A stretch of DNA of 63,383 nucleotides, filler included, from Hyphochytrium catenoides (lineage: Eukaryota; Protista; Hyphochytriomycota), in NCBI GenBank assembly GCA_900088475.1. It is 5 parts of 5 records of this genome, joined end to end, with 100 filler letters (N's around TTAATTAATTAA, not from the genome) between each part and the next. Parts side by side here need not be neighbours in the genome. Positions count along the whole stretch, not along the records: positions 1 to 24,852 come from FLMG01004623.1; 4 more parts are not named here. One strand, 5' to 3'. The translations under genes were made by a program, and so were the position numbers. This document shows positions 1 through 12,377 of this stretch, piece by piece; positions within the stretch are counted from its first letter, which is position 1; each line of letters opens with the position of its first letter. Below the pieces are notes generated by a model, which was not told where the DNA came from, searched no databases, and saw nothing but the letters and a program-made list of their open reading frames with translations.

Positions 1-47
1 GGGCAAGAGACAGCGGCCGTCGCTGTTGCCTGAGACTCTCGCTCTAG

Positions 48-3000
48 ATGTCGGTCAAGGATTCTGATGACGACACAAACAGCGTGCCGTACGTTCTCAG
101 GGCCGCAGACGCTTGTCTTCGTGTGTGTGACGAAGTAGCCGCCGCTGCCACTGCTAATGAGAGCGGTAAGTAGGGGCCATCGCCCTCCCTGGGCATCAAT
201 GAGACTCACCACGCGCTGCTCGCAGCACTTACGCACCTGCAGAATTTGGCGTTGACAATAGCAGTGGTGGAACGACAACGTACGTGGGCTCTAGGCTTTT
301 AGAGATTGCGTCTCGCTTTAACGTCTCGAGTCTGCTAGGATCTTTCACCTCGTATACGTATATTAGTCGCATTATCAACTCCAGCTTACTCTCTTCCTTC
401 CTCGACCTCCGATGAGGACAGTGTTATCCGTTTCCTCTGCCTTGACGAGCTACACCCGTCATAAACTTTGCTGTGTTAACTTCTTGTCGGCTGCATTCAA
501 ACTGTCGCCTATATAGTCTGTACATATGTGGAGGACATCCTGGACCAGGTGTCGGACGCTTCTTCTCGCCCTCGGGACGATCTCACGCTCACAGGGGCGG
601 CAGGAAGGTTGCACGCCATCCTACCGAAGCTGCAGAGGGACCGTTATTCACCGATCCCTACAGGTAAGAGCGCGATGCCTCTAACGGCAGTTGGACTTCC
701 CAGACTGGAGAGGGATTCTCTGTTTCTCTCTGTTTCTACCTGCTGGGTCGTGTCAGGGGCTCTGATTTCACTCCCTCGTAGGGCTGTCTCCCAGATCGGG
801 CTCCTCTCATAGAAGCTGTCACTCTCTGCCTCTCTGCCTGTCTCGTGCCCCCGCAAAAGCTTCTTTAGGCGCCCCATTCCCTATACTCGTTTCCTTGCTA
901 CACAATACGTCTATGATTCTCGCTATAACTATATCCGCTGATCAATGATTCATAGGAGGCGTCACAAGCATGCTGTACCACATAACAAACACTTGCAATG
1001 ATATCTCCTCCTGCCTGGTGACGCTGTACAAGCGAGCCCCATCTTTGAAGAAAAGGCTCTTTAATGCCTCCAAGTCTCTAGTAGCCTTTGGCACTTTCGT
1101 CTTCTATGTCTTCAACATGTCCCCAACCCCTGTTAGAAAGCTAGTCGCTGGGAGGTACGACTTCAGAGAGAACACGCGAAGAAGAGTGGGAAAATTCAGC
1201 GTGGTTTAGCCTATTTCTTTTGGTTCACCGTCAACCTTGCTTTCAAGACCTCCTGGGGTCTTTAAACCACTCACTCTCCTTTTGTAACCTGTCCCAATGC
1301 GCTCACCACGTGCCATTTGTCCTCTTTAGTCTTTTTCTGGTCCACTGAGCTGTCGACGACCATGTGCCAATATCTCCTAGTTTGATACGGCCAAAGCAAT
1401 GCTTCTTCTTTCTGTCTGATCACTGTTCTCAGATACCGCCGGTATTTCCAAGCTGCCTTCGCTCTGGCCGCCATAAAGCTCGTGGGTCAACAGATGTCTC
1501 ACACCCACGCCCAGCAGCTGCACCTTAAGAGGCTGCTGAAGTATGAGAGGTGAGTTCCCGAAGGAAAATAGTTGCCTCCAAGTTCCTAAGGCCAAGAAGA
1601 AGATAGGACTGGGCATGACTGATAAGCTGTACCAAGCTATAGTCTAGTAGCAGGAGAAGATATATGTCAGAGAAAAAGCCTTTAATCTTTTGCATGAAGG
1701 CAACTCTCCATACTCCAGCGTCTTTGGGTTCTGATGAGGGCGGTCATGAAAGATGCGAAGATTAGAAAAAATGTAAGGAGATGCGACGCTTTGCCATGCG
1801 CATGTAGGTACTCCTGTCGCCCTGTGTAACTTTCCTCTCTGGACGTGCCTTGCCGGAATTAGGTGAGCTATAATTTATTGGTCTGTGATCCGCACATCTC
1901 CAATACCGTGGACGTTCTGAGACCACATGCCCGGAGAGTTATTGAGAGCGTTCCATTGCCTTCAGCTGCAGCCTTCTGGTATGAACGAGATTTCAGGTAC
2001 GTCGTTTCAATAGATCCCTGGGCAATATTCTTGCCACGGCACATCCTCTCCGCTCTGCCCTCGCCCTAACCCTCTCCACTCTCTCTTCAGACATCTGCCG
2101 TTTTCTCTACTACCGCTACTCTGCCTCTCCTTGTTCCTTCTATGCTTCTCTTTGACCTGTTGCTGTGTGGGCTTGGTAGGCTCTCTAAAGAAGTATCTCA
2201 ATGTACTTGGTAGGCTCTCACTCGTCCAACGGCTGATGGATAGCATGTACTCCTCAAGTGCGATAGCACATCGCCTTTTCAAAAAAGAAGTAAGCAAGCT
2301 AGGATAATATAAAGACCGCCAACAGAGTCCCAAGAAGCGACATTGACTTTCTCCTTTCTGTTGCATAACCAGTGGCAGTGGCGAGCGTTTGGAGTGCCGC
2401 TGATGTTCATGACGTGGGGTATCTACTTTATGCTGCCTGAGAGAGCGTCGGCTCTAGCTCATCGTGTTTTGGGTAGGTGCTTTCTGGCAGATACCAGTTT
2501 CATATGTCTCTTACAAAGCCTGCTACCTACCCCATCAGCAAAGACAGACGTGGTCCACCTTAGCAGAGCGTGGAATGTGGTGAATTTACCAATTCTACGT
2601 TATCCCTCGCATGTGCTAGCAAGACTCCAGGGTTTGAAGACGCAGATAAGGTAAGACAAATGAACGATACCGCCCAGCTCCTGGGTGGCGTAAGGAATGT
2701 ACGACTGGTGGTAACATCTCTCTTGCTATGTACCCGTCGATCCAGGCGCACAATAGCTGGCGTGCCATGTTACCTTTTCTCAGCTCGAACCATACACTTC
2801 GGCTCCGAGGAGGAGCAGGATGTAATATTCTACACCCATGGCGGTGGATTTGTTTCGTGCATGCTAACGGCTGACCTAGAGATGATCACAAAGTGGGCTG
2901 TGCGTACAGGTGCGGTGCTAGTGTATCCAGACTACAGTCTGGCACCAAAGGTAAGGGCAGATCATTTCAACTGTAATCCGGGGATGGAGGGACGTGTTGT

Positions 3001-3979
3001 CAAGGAAGTGAGAAAGTAGAAAAAGGGGAGCTTGGAGGATTGGACAGGCCCTGCGGGTTGCCTGCATTAATATCTACCTCTTCCTACAGCACCAGTATCC
3101 CACGCAAGTGAACGAGCTGAGTAGAGTGTATGAGGTATGGTCTGGCCTCTATCTTCTTGCTTCTATATTTGCCATTGCCCCATCTGTATCTTTCCCTACC
3201 CTATTGTGCTGGTTGGGTCTAACACCTAATTACCAGGCTGTTGCCTCTGGTGAGCTAGACTTCAGAGCGAGAAAGATAGTCTTGATTGGTGACAGCGCCG
3301 GGGGAAATCTTGCAGCCGCTCTTCAACTAAAGATTAATGCCTTGAAGGACCGCCAGCCAGATGGACTAGTCCTAATATACCCAGGTGTAGAGCCAACTAA
3401 GAAAGGGTAAAGGGGTGATGTCATGGGTCTAAAGCTTTTCTCTACAGCACTGAACGTAGGAGTGTCCCCGTCTCCATCACGAACGATCCACCTACATGAC
3501 CCTATTTTACCCCTAGGACTTGTCCTCTCCATCTCGAAGTCTTACTGTGGGTAAGAAACAAGCCTCGCTAGTTGAATCTCTTAGGTCGATACTCACGTTC
3601 TTATTTCAAGAGAGATCGAGGCAACTTCGGATCCTTTACTCTCGCCAGCGGTGGCCACAGATGACCTTTTGAGACAGTTCCCTCCCACCAATATCATCGT
3701 CGGAGGACTCGATCCGGTACACTCGTTGACGCAGCCTCTGCTTGTACAGTCATCTCACAGTTCTTGTTTTTTCATGGGTTGCAGCTTCTGGATGAAGCAA
3801 TTGACTTTGATGTTAGACTTCGGAGACTCAATGTGCCTGGACATATCAAGATCATACAAAACCTGCCACATGGCTTTCTTGGTTTCGGAAGAGTAATCCC
3901 TGCGGCCGAGAAGGCCAATGAAGAGACAACAGAGTGGTTATGTGAGCTCCTTGGTGTATCCTCCGGGGAAACCAGCTAG
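48..3979 (+). CDS. Hormone-sensitive-lipase-like (GDXG family) alpha/beta hydrolase, multi-exon, with long N-terminal region
   Basis: Spliced translation starts at ATG 48 (MSVKDSDDD...). Motifs: YTHGGGFV oxyanion hole (~2830), VYPDYSLAP, LIGDSAGGNL nucleophile elbow (~3285), FPPTNIIVGGLDP|LLD and NLPHGFLG (~3865). Stop TAG ends at 3979. Introns are GT-AG; the middle exons were not all resolved. Confidence 0.9.
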
Positions 3980-4748
3980 TAACACCAGTGATCACTCGCA
4001 ATAGCTAATATTTACCATCGGTTACTCCGACTAGGGCAACGTTGTGCAAGCTAAATGTAAAAAAGTCAGATTATTTAATCTGGCATTGCTGCCATTAGCT
4101 GTACGAACCAGTATAGACGAATTAATTATCTTTTTTCTCTATTTGAAAGGAGGACGATTGGCAGATAGCCTTCATCTCATCAAGCTAGATCGACTAACAA
4201 CCATACGCGAGTGGACTGTTCGCAGTCTTACCTGAGATATCTGGCAAACAAAGATACTATCCAGACCACTCTAGAAACCTACCTCCTCCTCGTCACGGCG
4301 TGCATAGATTGATTGACCAAGTACCCCGCGATAGCTTCATGAAGGAGACTCAATCGGAGTTCTGACATTCTACCTTCTATTGAGATTTTGTGGACCAGGA
4401 ACCAGGAGAGAGAAGGAGGAAGAAGAGTACGAGCATTCTGAAGATCCTGTGAAGATGTGAAGTCATGGCATTGGGAGAATCTTCAGAAAGTGACCTTTGG
4501 GCTTTCGACCGAAGAGAGGCGTGGGTTTGTGGAGCAATGGATAAAACCGCTTTTCAGACAAACACAATATCGAAACCACTTCAACAGACAGCATACAGAA
4601 TATTGAGGCTACGTATTAGAAATGCAAACGGATAGCCGTTCGTGTTTTGAAATTTAAAACAGCTTCTGATGATGTTTGCCGCCCAGAGAAGACGGAAGCG
4701 CCCACTGCTCGAAGCTCTGCTTCGCAATAAATCTTCATCATCAAACTC

Positions 4749-7700
4749 ATGGCAGACTTTCTGGGGTACGCTTCCTACGGTAGACTGCTTGACGAGCCGG
4801 GGTTGCGCTGAGATATCTTCACTCTATATGTAATCTCCGTCATATGTCTGTAGAAACGCAGAGAATTCTCCTAAGGATCCAGCAAGAGACAACTTTCTAC
4901 TGAAGAGCTATTGCCTATCGATTGCAGCTGAAGTATGTCCTCGGTGGAAGGGCTCCCAGCAAGTCTCATGCCTTGGGCATCACAAGACTGCGCGGAAAAT
5001 TTGTTACAAAGTCCAAGTGAGAGTGAGATCAGAGTGCCTGACGTTGTGCTTCGCACTGCCACTGTAAGTGAAGACGCCAGGGTCCCGCAGTGGTGAGATA
5101 CGAAGAAGTGAATCGTTTTTCCCTTAGGAAACTTCAGCAGCTGGGACTCTTAGTCTCAATAGATCCAGAAATTCACTTTCTTGGCTTCTCCACTCTAATG
5201 CGAAGGGAGGCCTCACCGATATCACAAATGTTAGCAGCCCAGCACGAAGGTATGCCCCGGAACAGAGAGCGGTGCCTTTTATATTACCCATGCTAACGAT
5301 CCTTTCGCAGTGCTCATGCTGGCAAATCCCTCACTTGCGGAAGCAAACCTGCCTTCCTTTTACCTCTTTCTTCGATAACGGGTGTCTCGGGCACTGACAC
5401 AGCTGAACTTATCATTGAATTGAATGAGGGCACAATCGTCGCCTTTCGATTGCATAATAATGGTAGGTCTTGGCCCGAAAGAGTTGACGTCGACCATGCA
5501 ACCTTTGACTGTCTATGGTGCAGGAAAGGTGAACGATAAACGATTGTCTTGGGTTTCAACGGCTCCCAACCTTGTAGCGCAGCTCCTGTCCCGGGTCCAG
5601 GACAGTGAAATCACCCATGTCGTTACTCCAGGGATAAGTACTTCTTCTATGGAAAACAGTCATCAGTGGGCGAACGATGAGCAGATTGCCCTGCTATTCT
5701 CCGAGGATTCGAAAACACCTTACAAGTCTCCGTTGCCCCAGGAGAAGAGTCCTACAAAGTCTATCCCTACACCTGAGCTCCGCCTCGAGAGACAGGAGCC
5801 CATGCCTGAAGGTCTGTCGCGTGGATCTCTAACGATGCCTCATGCAGATAGAATAGCGCTATCGCTCTCCGGTTCTATCAATCGACAGTCTTATTTTTTC
5901 GCTCTCTAGATCTGGTTCTCTTCTCTGTAACTCCTCTGAACTTGTCAAGCACTTCTCCCTTACTGCTTCATTGCTGCTAATCATGAGGTGTCTGATTGTG
6001 TCTATGCATATTCCAAGGCTTAATAGAACAGACTTCTGGAGAGCACTCACCCCAGCCCTCAGCCTCTGAGCTTCACAAAGAAAAGATAAGAAGTTATGTG
6101 CGAGTACTGGCTAAGGGCAACGATTCCTCTGCTGCTTCAAAAGAGGTGCGGTATCCTGTGGCCTACGTTGGGCATATCTGTTTGCTTCAGTAACATTGTT
6201 TCTATCCCCGCTACGGCTTCTTCCCGCGCTGGTTAGTTTTATCAAGAGACAGGATACTTCTTAGGAGCTTTTGAGTCTGGCAGCGCGAATCTGACAGCGA
6301 AGGCTGCCAAGTAGGCACCGGTTGAGCCCTTGTCGCCCGAAAAATTCTGTACTAAGCTATTGCTGTTGCCTTACTTACCGATCTGCTCCATATTAGACGG
6401 CAACTTCTGACTTCATTGATCCCGGTTCTGGAGAAAATGGAAGCTGACCGTAAGAGAGAACAACAGATGATTGAGGATGAGACAGGAGTGATATGGAAGG
6501 ATGACGAACGGACCAAGGACTATATCTACATTGACTCCATTACAGGCAGGAAAGTAAGTATTCTATACCCGCGTTTGTTTTGCTTCCAGTACTCCTTGGG
6601 CTAGACTTATGCATAGGATCCGATCCTTGTCCGGTGGCACAGATCCCAAATGCGGAGTACGAGAAACGGTATCGGAACTATCTGCGTCGAAGAAAGCTTG
6701 TACGAAGCCACGCCTTCATCTCTGGCTCCCCCTTATCGCAAAACCCATCAACAATGGCCACCTCCAAGGCGGCTTCCCAACAGGTGGAAGAGCCTTTGGG
6801 GGGAACGGGACCTAGCCCTCCTCGAGTTCACAGCTTGGAACCAGACTTCAAATCAACAGCGGTAGACCCTTCGATTAGCCGGCCATCCTCAAGTACTCCG
6901 CCCTTCCGCTCTATAGAAGAACCTAAAGCAAAAGCAAGCGTGTGCACACCAGAGGAACCTCAACCGCACAACCCAGAGGTACCTCATGATGTGTCACATA
7001 AAAGCTCTCCTAGGGCCTTGGCCGAGAGTGAAGACGTTTCGAATAAAGGTGCACTGGACAGCTCTACCCAGACTCAAAGCGGACATGAAGAGAGCACCTT
7101 CTGCTCTTCTACATCATTCGTCTCAGGTAAGTCTGAAAGAAACCTAGTAAAGCGTCCATCAGCAAAATCACCTTCAATTTAAGTGACCGGCTTTAGAGTG
7201 GAGGCTGGGCCTTCCCATGAGCAGAGAGAGAGAGAGAATCTGGCGAGCCCTGACTATCCTTGCCTTGAGAGGCTGATTCTACCCCTTCTTTCCTAGTCCT
7301 CATAGATGACATTCACAGAGAGGTGGCAAGCTTGCAACCCATCTCAGCTTCAACCACATCTAGAATAAACGATACTCTGGAGGCTTTTGAGATGGAGGTG
7401 AAGGGCTGTGAGGAAGATCTTTGGGCTATTTGGGAGCTAACCTTGAGAGCATTCCAGCGAAAAGTCGGCGACATGCAGGTAAATGTGCAACCGCGTATAT
7501 TATTGGCAGCTGATACTAATAAAAAAAATAGCGGGATGTGGTAAGGAATATCCATCAACTTGTCGACGAAGAACGACGGACAACGATACCATCACCGATC
7601 AAGGAAGAAGAGTTTCTCGACACCATGGAGACAGATGATCAATCCACAGGTTGTCAAACTCTATGTCCATGTGCATTATTCCCCTGCCGTCTTGCTCTCC

Positions 7701-8047
7701 TGCTTGGGTCGCTGACTCTTACCCTCATAACATAACTCTCCAGACTTGACTGAAGCACCAAGTCGGAGCGCTGGACAACTAGATTCAGATTCATCTCTAC
7801 GTCTCCAGGCGATTCCTGTCGAATCCAGCGACGAGCCTGCTGGCGAGTCCTTCCTTATGCCAACAGAAGAGTTTGCTCGCCGTAGGAAAAAGAAGGCTTC
7901 TAGAAGACTCTCAGTCTCCACAGGTTCGTGGCTTGACCTTGACTGCCTAGCGCTAGTCTCTGACTCCACACTATCCATATGTCAGACGTAAGGGTAATCA
8001 GTCAACAAATGACTGAAGACTTGGACCAGCAGGACTCTGATGCTTGA
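4749..8047 (+). CDS. Uncharacterised multi-exon protein (start uncertain)
   Basis: Exons bounded by GT/AG chain into KEKIRSYVRVLAKG..|FYQETGYFLG..|RQLLTSLIPVLEKMEADRKRE..YIYIDSITGRK|IPNAEYEKRYRNYLRRRK, followed by an S/P-rich region and ..EDLDQQDSDA* (TGA 8045-8047). No family recognised. Confidence 0.6.
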
Positions 8048-8130
8048 CTTGTCTGGCAAGGCAACTATAAGAAAGAGTTTCCAACAAACTCCAGGAGGCG
8101 ACCCTGGCCTAAGCTTGATACATGCAGCCC

Positions 8131-8519
8131 TCAGCAAGCAGTGATGGCCCTCTGGGCCGTATCAGCTTCTTGTCCAATGAGCCTGAGCAGCTTCTCCTAC
8201 CACAAGGCAAAAAGAAGAACTCGTTGAAGCCATGGTGGCAAGAGCTGAGCAAAGCATACGCTAAAAATACCTCCTGATAAATAACTCTTAATTTCAAAGA
8301 GCAGCTCGGACAAAGGGCAATGTCTTCTCCATCATAAAGCTCTTCCTGCCACGCAATACCCTTAGGAAATGGTGACGAATGATGGTATTACTTCTGAGCG
8401 ATATAAAGCCATACCAGAGTAATGAAAAACTTGTCTCCACAGGGGCAAGGATAAAAGAATGCTTCTTCGTTGGGGTCATACTCCATCTCCTCCAGCTCAA
8501 CTTCGTCATACACGGACAT
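8131..8519 (-). CDS. DPH3: Diphthamide biosynthesis protein 3 / KTI11 (CSL zinc finger), 3 exons, 81 aa
   Basis: Exons 8519-8415, 8345-8271 and 8196-8131, with phase-0 GT-AG introns, translate to [35 protein letters not shown]|[25 protein letters not shown]|[21 protein letters not shown]. The YDEV, YPCPCGD and CPSCSL motifs are diagnostic. Confidence 0.95.
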
Positions 8520-9746
8520 TATAAGAATCACCTGGACGCCTTGGCAATGCCGTCTTCGCTATGATCTGCCGTAGAAAGAGGCAATCACCACCTTCTTCGA
8601 AGCCCAGCTCTTACCTCTCGATGGCTAGATGATGGCAGTTAACGCGAATTGCTATCGAGCCCTTTCCCCTGCCACCACGCTGCTTCTTTGTCGTCCTCAG
8701 TCAGAAGGTAAGCAGCTTCCTTTGAAGGCAGGTTGGCTCGTGCTCTGGTGTGGCCCACTGCGGACAAAGAATTCATGTCACAATCTGCAGCAGACCTTAA
8801 TAGAGGAGGTTGACACGATTGTGGTTGCCAGCAAATAGCAATAGAACTTCTTCCTTCCTCCTCACCTAGTTGCCCGTTGGCTCCCACACCCACAGGCCAG
8901 CCTTCGAGTGAATGGTGAAGGATGAGTTATTCGGGCTCTTTATGACCCGAGTATTCTATAAAGGATAAGCCTTGAATTTTCATGAATTTGGACCGAAGGG
9001 CCCGGGTTATGTTAATTGGGTTAAAGGGGGTTGTGGAAATGGAGTGACAAGACAGAGAAAGAAGGGAGGGCAGGGTGGTTGGGGGATCGTGGTTGTAGTA
9101 GTAGTACAGGCACTTACGCTGTTGTTCTGATGTCATCATAATGTACGCCAGTGGCTGCGGAGTGGGTGGGTATGGTTGTTAGCCCTCACCCATATATAGA
9201 ATATCATACGGGTTATCAGGTGGGTGGGCCACTGCAGTGTTTATTTTTCTTGGGGGTGTGATATGTCTCCGATATTGATTCTGATGGAGTAGTAGCACAA
9301 GCGTGTGGGCTATTTTGTAGAGCTCTCAAGGGGTTAACAGTCATAGTAGTATGGCCCTCAGTTGTAAGATTCAGGTGCCACGTCACGTGTGATGTGGCCT
9401 TCGTGCGATCTTTTCCCAACCTGATCATCCAACGCAACCACAACCTTCACCTTTTCTCTCTCTCGCTTTGTGGGACTCTCTCTCTCTCATTCTGTCATCC
9501 CATTTTCCACACATCATAGCCTTTCTCCTGTTGACAATACCTCTCTTCATTCTCTGTCTGCCATTGCCCCAACTATGTCTTTCGATCATTTTCCATTCCT
9601 TTCTCCCTTCAGGTCTTCTAGAATGCAGACCAAACCTGTGTGGTGGCTTTCGACTGCTCTGCATTTACTTCTCACTTCCCAATTTTCTGCATTCTGAAGA
9701 TCAGCTATCGGATTAGAGCGACCGACCACACTCTCCGCACACAAAT

Positions 9747-10352
9747 ATGCCAGCTGTTGTACGCAAGGCCGCTCCTGACTTCAAAGTCGAGGCTCTCATG
9801 CCCGATGGCACGTTCAAGACAGTTAGCCTCGGAGACTACAAGGGCAAATACCTGGTTCTCTTTTTCTACCCTCTGGACTTCACCTTCGTCTGCCCCACTG
9901 AGATTATCGCATTCAGCGACCGCGTAAAGGAATTCAAGGACATTGGCTGCGAGGTTGTTGCCGCGTCCGTTGACTCTAAGTTCTCACATCTTGCATGGAC
10001 CCAACTTCCCCGCGAGAAGGGTGGTCTTGGAAAGATGGATATCCCCATCCTGGCAGACATCAACAAGGAAGTAGCGCGCGCATACGATGCCCTCGTTGAC
10101 ATTGAGGGAGATGGCGACAGAGGAGTAACCTACAGGGCTCTCTACATTGTTGACAACAAGGGTGTTCTCCGTCACATCACCATCAACGACCTTCCAGTAG
10201 GACGTAGTGTCGATGAATACCTCCGCCTGGTTAAGGCTTTCCAGTTCACTGACAAGCACGGAGAGGTCTGCCCAGCAAACTGGAAGCCTGGCTCAAAGAG
10301 CATGAAGGCAGACCCAGTAGGCAAGCTTGAATACTTCGGCGCTGCCAAGTAA
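9747..10352 (+). CDS. Typical 2-Cys peroxiredoxin (Prx1/TSA1/AhpC family), intronless
   Basis: [14 protein letters not shown] peroxidatic motif, GGLG motif, GEVCPANW resolving Cys and C-terminal YF. Confidence 0.97.
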   Translation: MPAVVRKAAPDFKVEALMPDGTFKTVSLGDYKGKYLVLFFYPLDFTFVCPTEIIAFSDRVKEFKDIGCEVVAASVDSKFSHLAWTQLPREKGGLGKMDIPILADINKEVARAYDALVDIEGDGDRGVTYRALYIVDNKGVLRHITINDLPVGRSVDEYLRLVKAFQFTDKHGEVCPANWKPGSKSMKADPVGKLEYFGAAK

Positions 10353-10637
10353 ATACATCACTCTCAGATACAAACAAACATACAATTCAAGCAACCGAAC
10401 TGGCCTATTTGGCGAACTGCTTTACTCCACTGTTAACCCCATAAAATAAAGTTATGTCAAAGTTACGCTTATTGAGCTTTGTTTGGCCTCTTTGGTATAG
10501 AGTCTTCTTTAGGGTTATAGCCCACTTTGGCACTCTCTTCTTAGGCATCCCTCCCATGTGGAAGGGGGGAATGCCTGTAGGAGGAATGCTACAGTGATTA
10601 TAACAACGTGCTTTCAACTCCCCTTAAGCCAATACCA

Positions 10638-11205
10638 TTAGGGTACAGCTGCCGCAATATGAAGAGCGCCGCCCACAAGGACTGCTGTCATCGCAAGTGC
10701 CATTTTGACAATAAATGAAGACATTAGAAGCTCAGCACCATCTTCAGCCGATGTCTTGGGGTGCTGCACTTCTCCCTACGTCATGTTGAGTTAATTCTGG
10801 ATATTAAACACGAACGGCCAACTAATCGTACCGCGAATAGTTCTTCCTCGGCTTCGTCTTCCAAACTTTCCTTCTTAAGGAGAGTGCGCAGCTTTTTGCT
10901 TCTTGTGTTCCACCCTATACCGTCCTTAAACAGAGAATGCTTGGACCCCTGGTGGAAGCATGGACTCAGTACAGCTCACCTAAAGTAACTTTCGTGCTTC
11001 CGCTTGTTACTCTTGCCTGATCTAAGATGGCTAAAGTCATGATTATGGATACGCCATAAACTGCAGCGGCGATGTAGGCACTCGTATCGGAGGACGTGTA
11101 GAGGATATTCAGCTCGTTGAGCACCTTCAGCGCTCGGCGGATAATCTCGTCCAAAACGACACCGAGCTGCTGATCTTCAAGGTCTTCAGGATGGGTGTCG
11201 GCCAT
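10638..11205 (-). CDS. Small uncharacterised membrane protein, ~3 exons
   Basis: MADTHPEDLE..AYIAAAVYGVSIIMTLAIL.. then GIGWNTRSKKLRTLLKKESLEDEAEEELFA, then GEVQHPK..LLMSSFIVKMALAMTAVLVGGALHIAAAVP*. Two hydrophobic segments; GT-AG junctions. Confidence 0.6.
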
Positions 11206-11713
11206 GCTTACGGCTGTTCTCTTATGTTCTTATTTCTTTCTGCGAGGTCAGTAGGGAACGCATTCAGTGCTTGTGGAGATAAGGATCAGAGGTCTTTGCT
11301 GCTCCGGGTAGAAGGACGAGGAAATGCACCGGCCGAGGATAGACCGCCGCTCCCGACAGTAAAGGGAATACGAAACCGGCAACTGTTCTAGTATTCTACG
11401 CGAAGCCTTTTGTCAACTTGAGCAAAGCTACCTGTCTCGGGATGATGAGCGGATTAGCCGCTTGGATAGCTTCCTAACGTAGTGCACCAGAAGTCCGGAC
11501 GCTGTACAAGCACGAGGCAAGAAATATCTTTTTGGGGTTGCTCGTCAAGCCGAATCTTGGTGCATCCCTTGGAAGAGCTATATTCCTCGCTTGTCTCTCT
11601 CCTCCGGCATAGGTAGTGCCGTAGAACTATAGGCCTACAGCGCCTCCTAGGGAAATCTTTTGTGCCTCAATCTCCTGTTGGTTGGGCCTGCTGCAGCTTC
11701 TTCATACAGTGAG

Positions 11714-12273
11714 ATGAAGCTTCGTCCTCTTGTTTGCTGCTGCTCCTTCGCAACTTCAAACAGATCAACCAGGGAACAGACACCTAGCCGCAAACGCACA
11801 ATGACAAGATTTGGCATCGGACAGTTCCTTTCGGAGAATGAAGGTTAACTAATCCTGAATCAAGGGCATGAATTAGTTATCAAGAGCCAATGAGAAGTCA
11901 GACTTTGCTATAAGATCCAAGCAGGTGAGGAAGAAGACGGGGAGTGATGAGAAAGGAAGTTGATGAGAAGGCAAACAAGACCCTGTCTCGGTCCTCATAG
12001 CACTTCAGAAGCCAAGAGTGGGAATGCTATTGCCAAGAGGAGGATACTTCATGTCTCTTTGAGTTCGATGTGGATAGCTGGGAACATGATTGCCCTCCTC
12101 CCTCGTCACCATCAAGGATAGACTCGCTGCTATTCCAGGCCCAACGATCAGAGTTATCCCGACCCTCAACAGTATCTCGATACTGCATGGTGCAATCTAC
12201 TGGGCTGCTGAGTCTGCCGAAGCAACCGGACATTCTTGGCGTTTTGGCCATATTGTGCGATTGTGTTGACTAG
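11714..12273 (+). CDS. Possible short hypothetical gene (3' exon HFRSQEWECYCQEEDTSCLFEFDVDSW...CDCVD*)
   Basis: Open last exon ~12001-12273 follows a GT..AG intron (~11924-12000). The 5' exons do not join cleanly in frame. Confidence 0.25.
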
Positions 12274-12377
12274 CTCCGGCGCTAACGAGACGAGTGGTTC
12301 TTTTTGAGTCCACGGTAGTGATGGTTATCTCCATAAAGGACATCGTAACAGAACTCACAACCAGACGATGACCGGCA

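Noticed and set aside
8050-8136. DPH3 ends TGC-TGA-GGG, resembling a Cys-Sec-Gly motif
   Set aside because: 81 aa is already the normal DPH3 length, read-through gives an unremarkable tail, and I recognised no SECIS.
9329-10440. 12-bp inverted match GGGGTTAACAGT/ACTGTTAACCCC flanking the peroxiredoxin
   Set aside because: It is short and partly palindromic with no TSD, and is compatible with chance.
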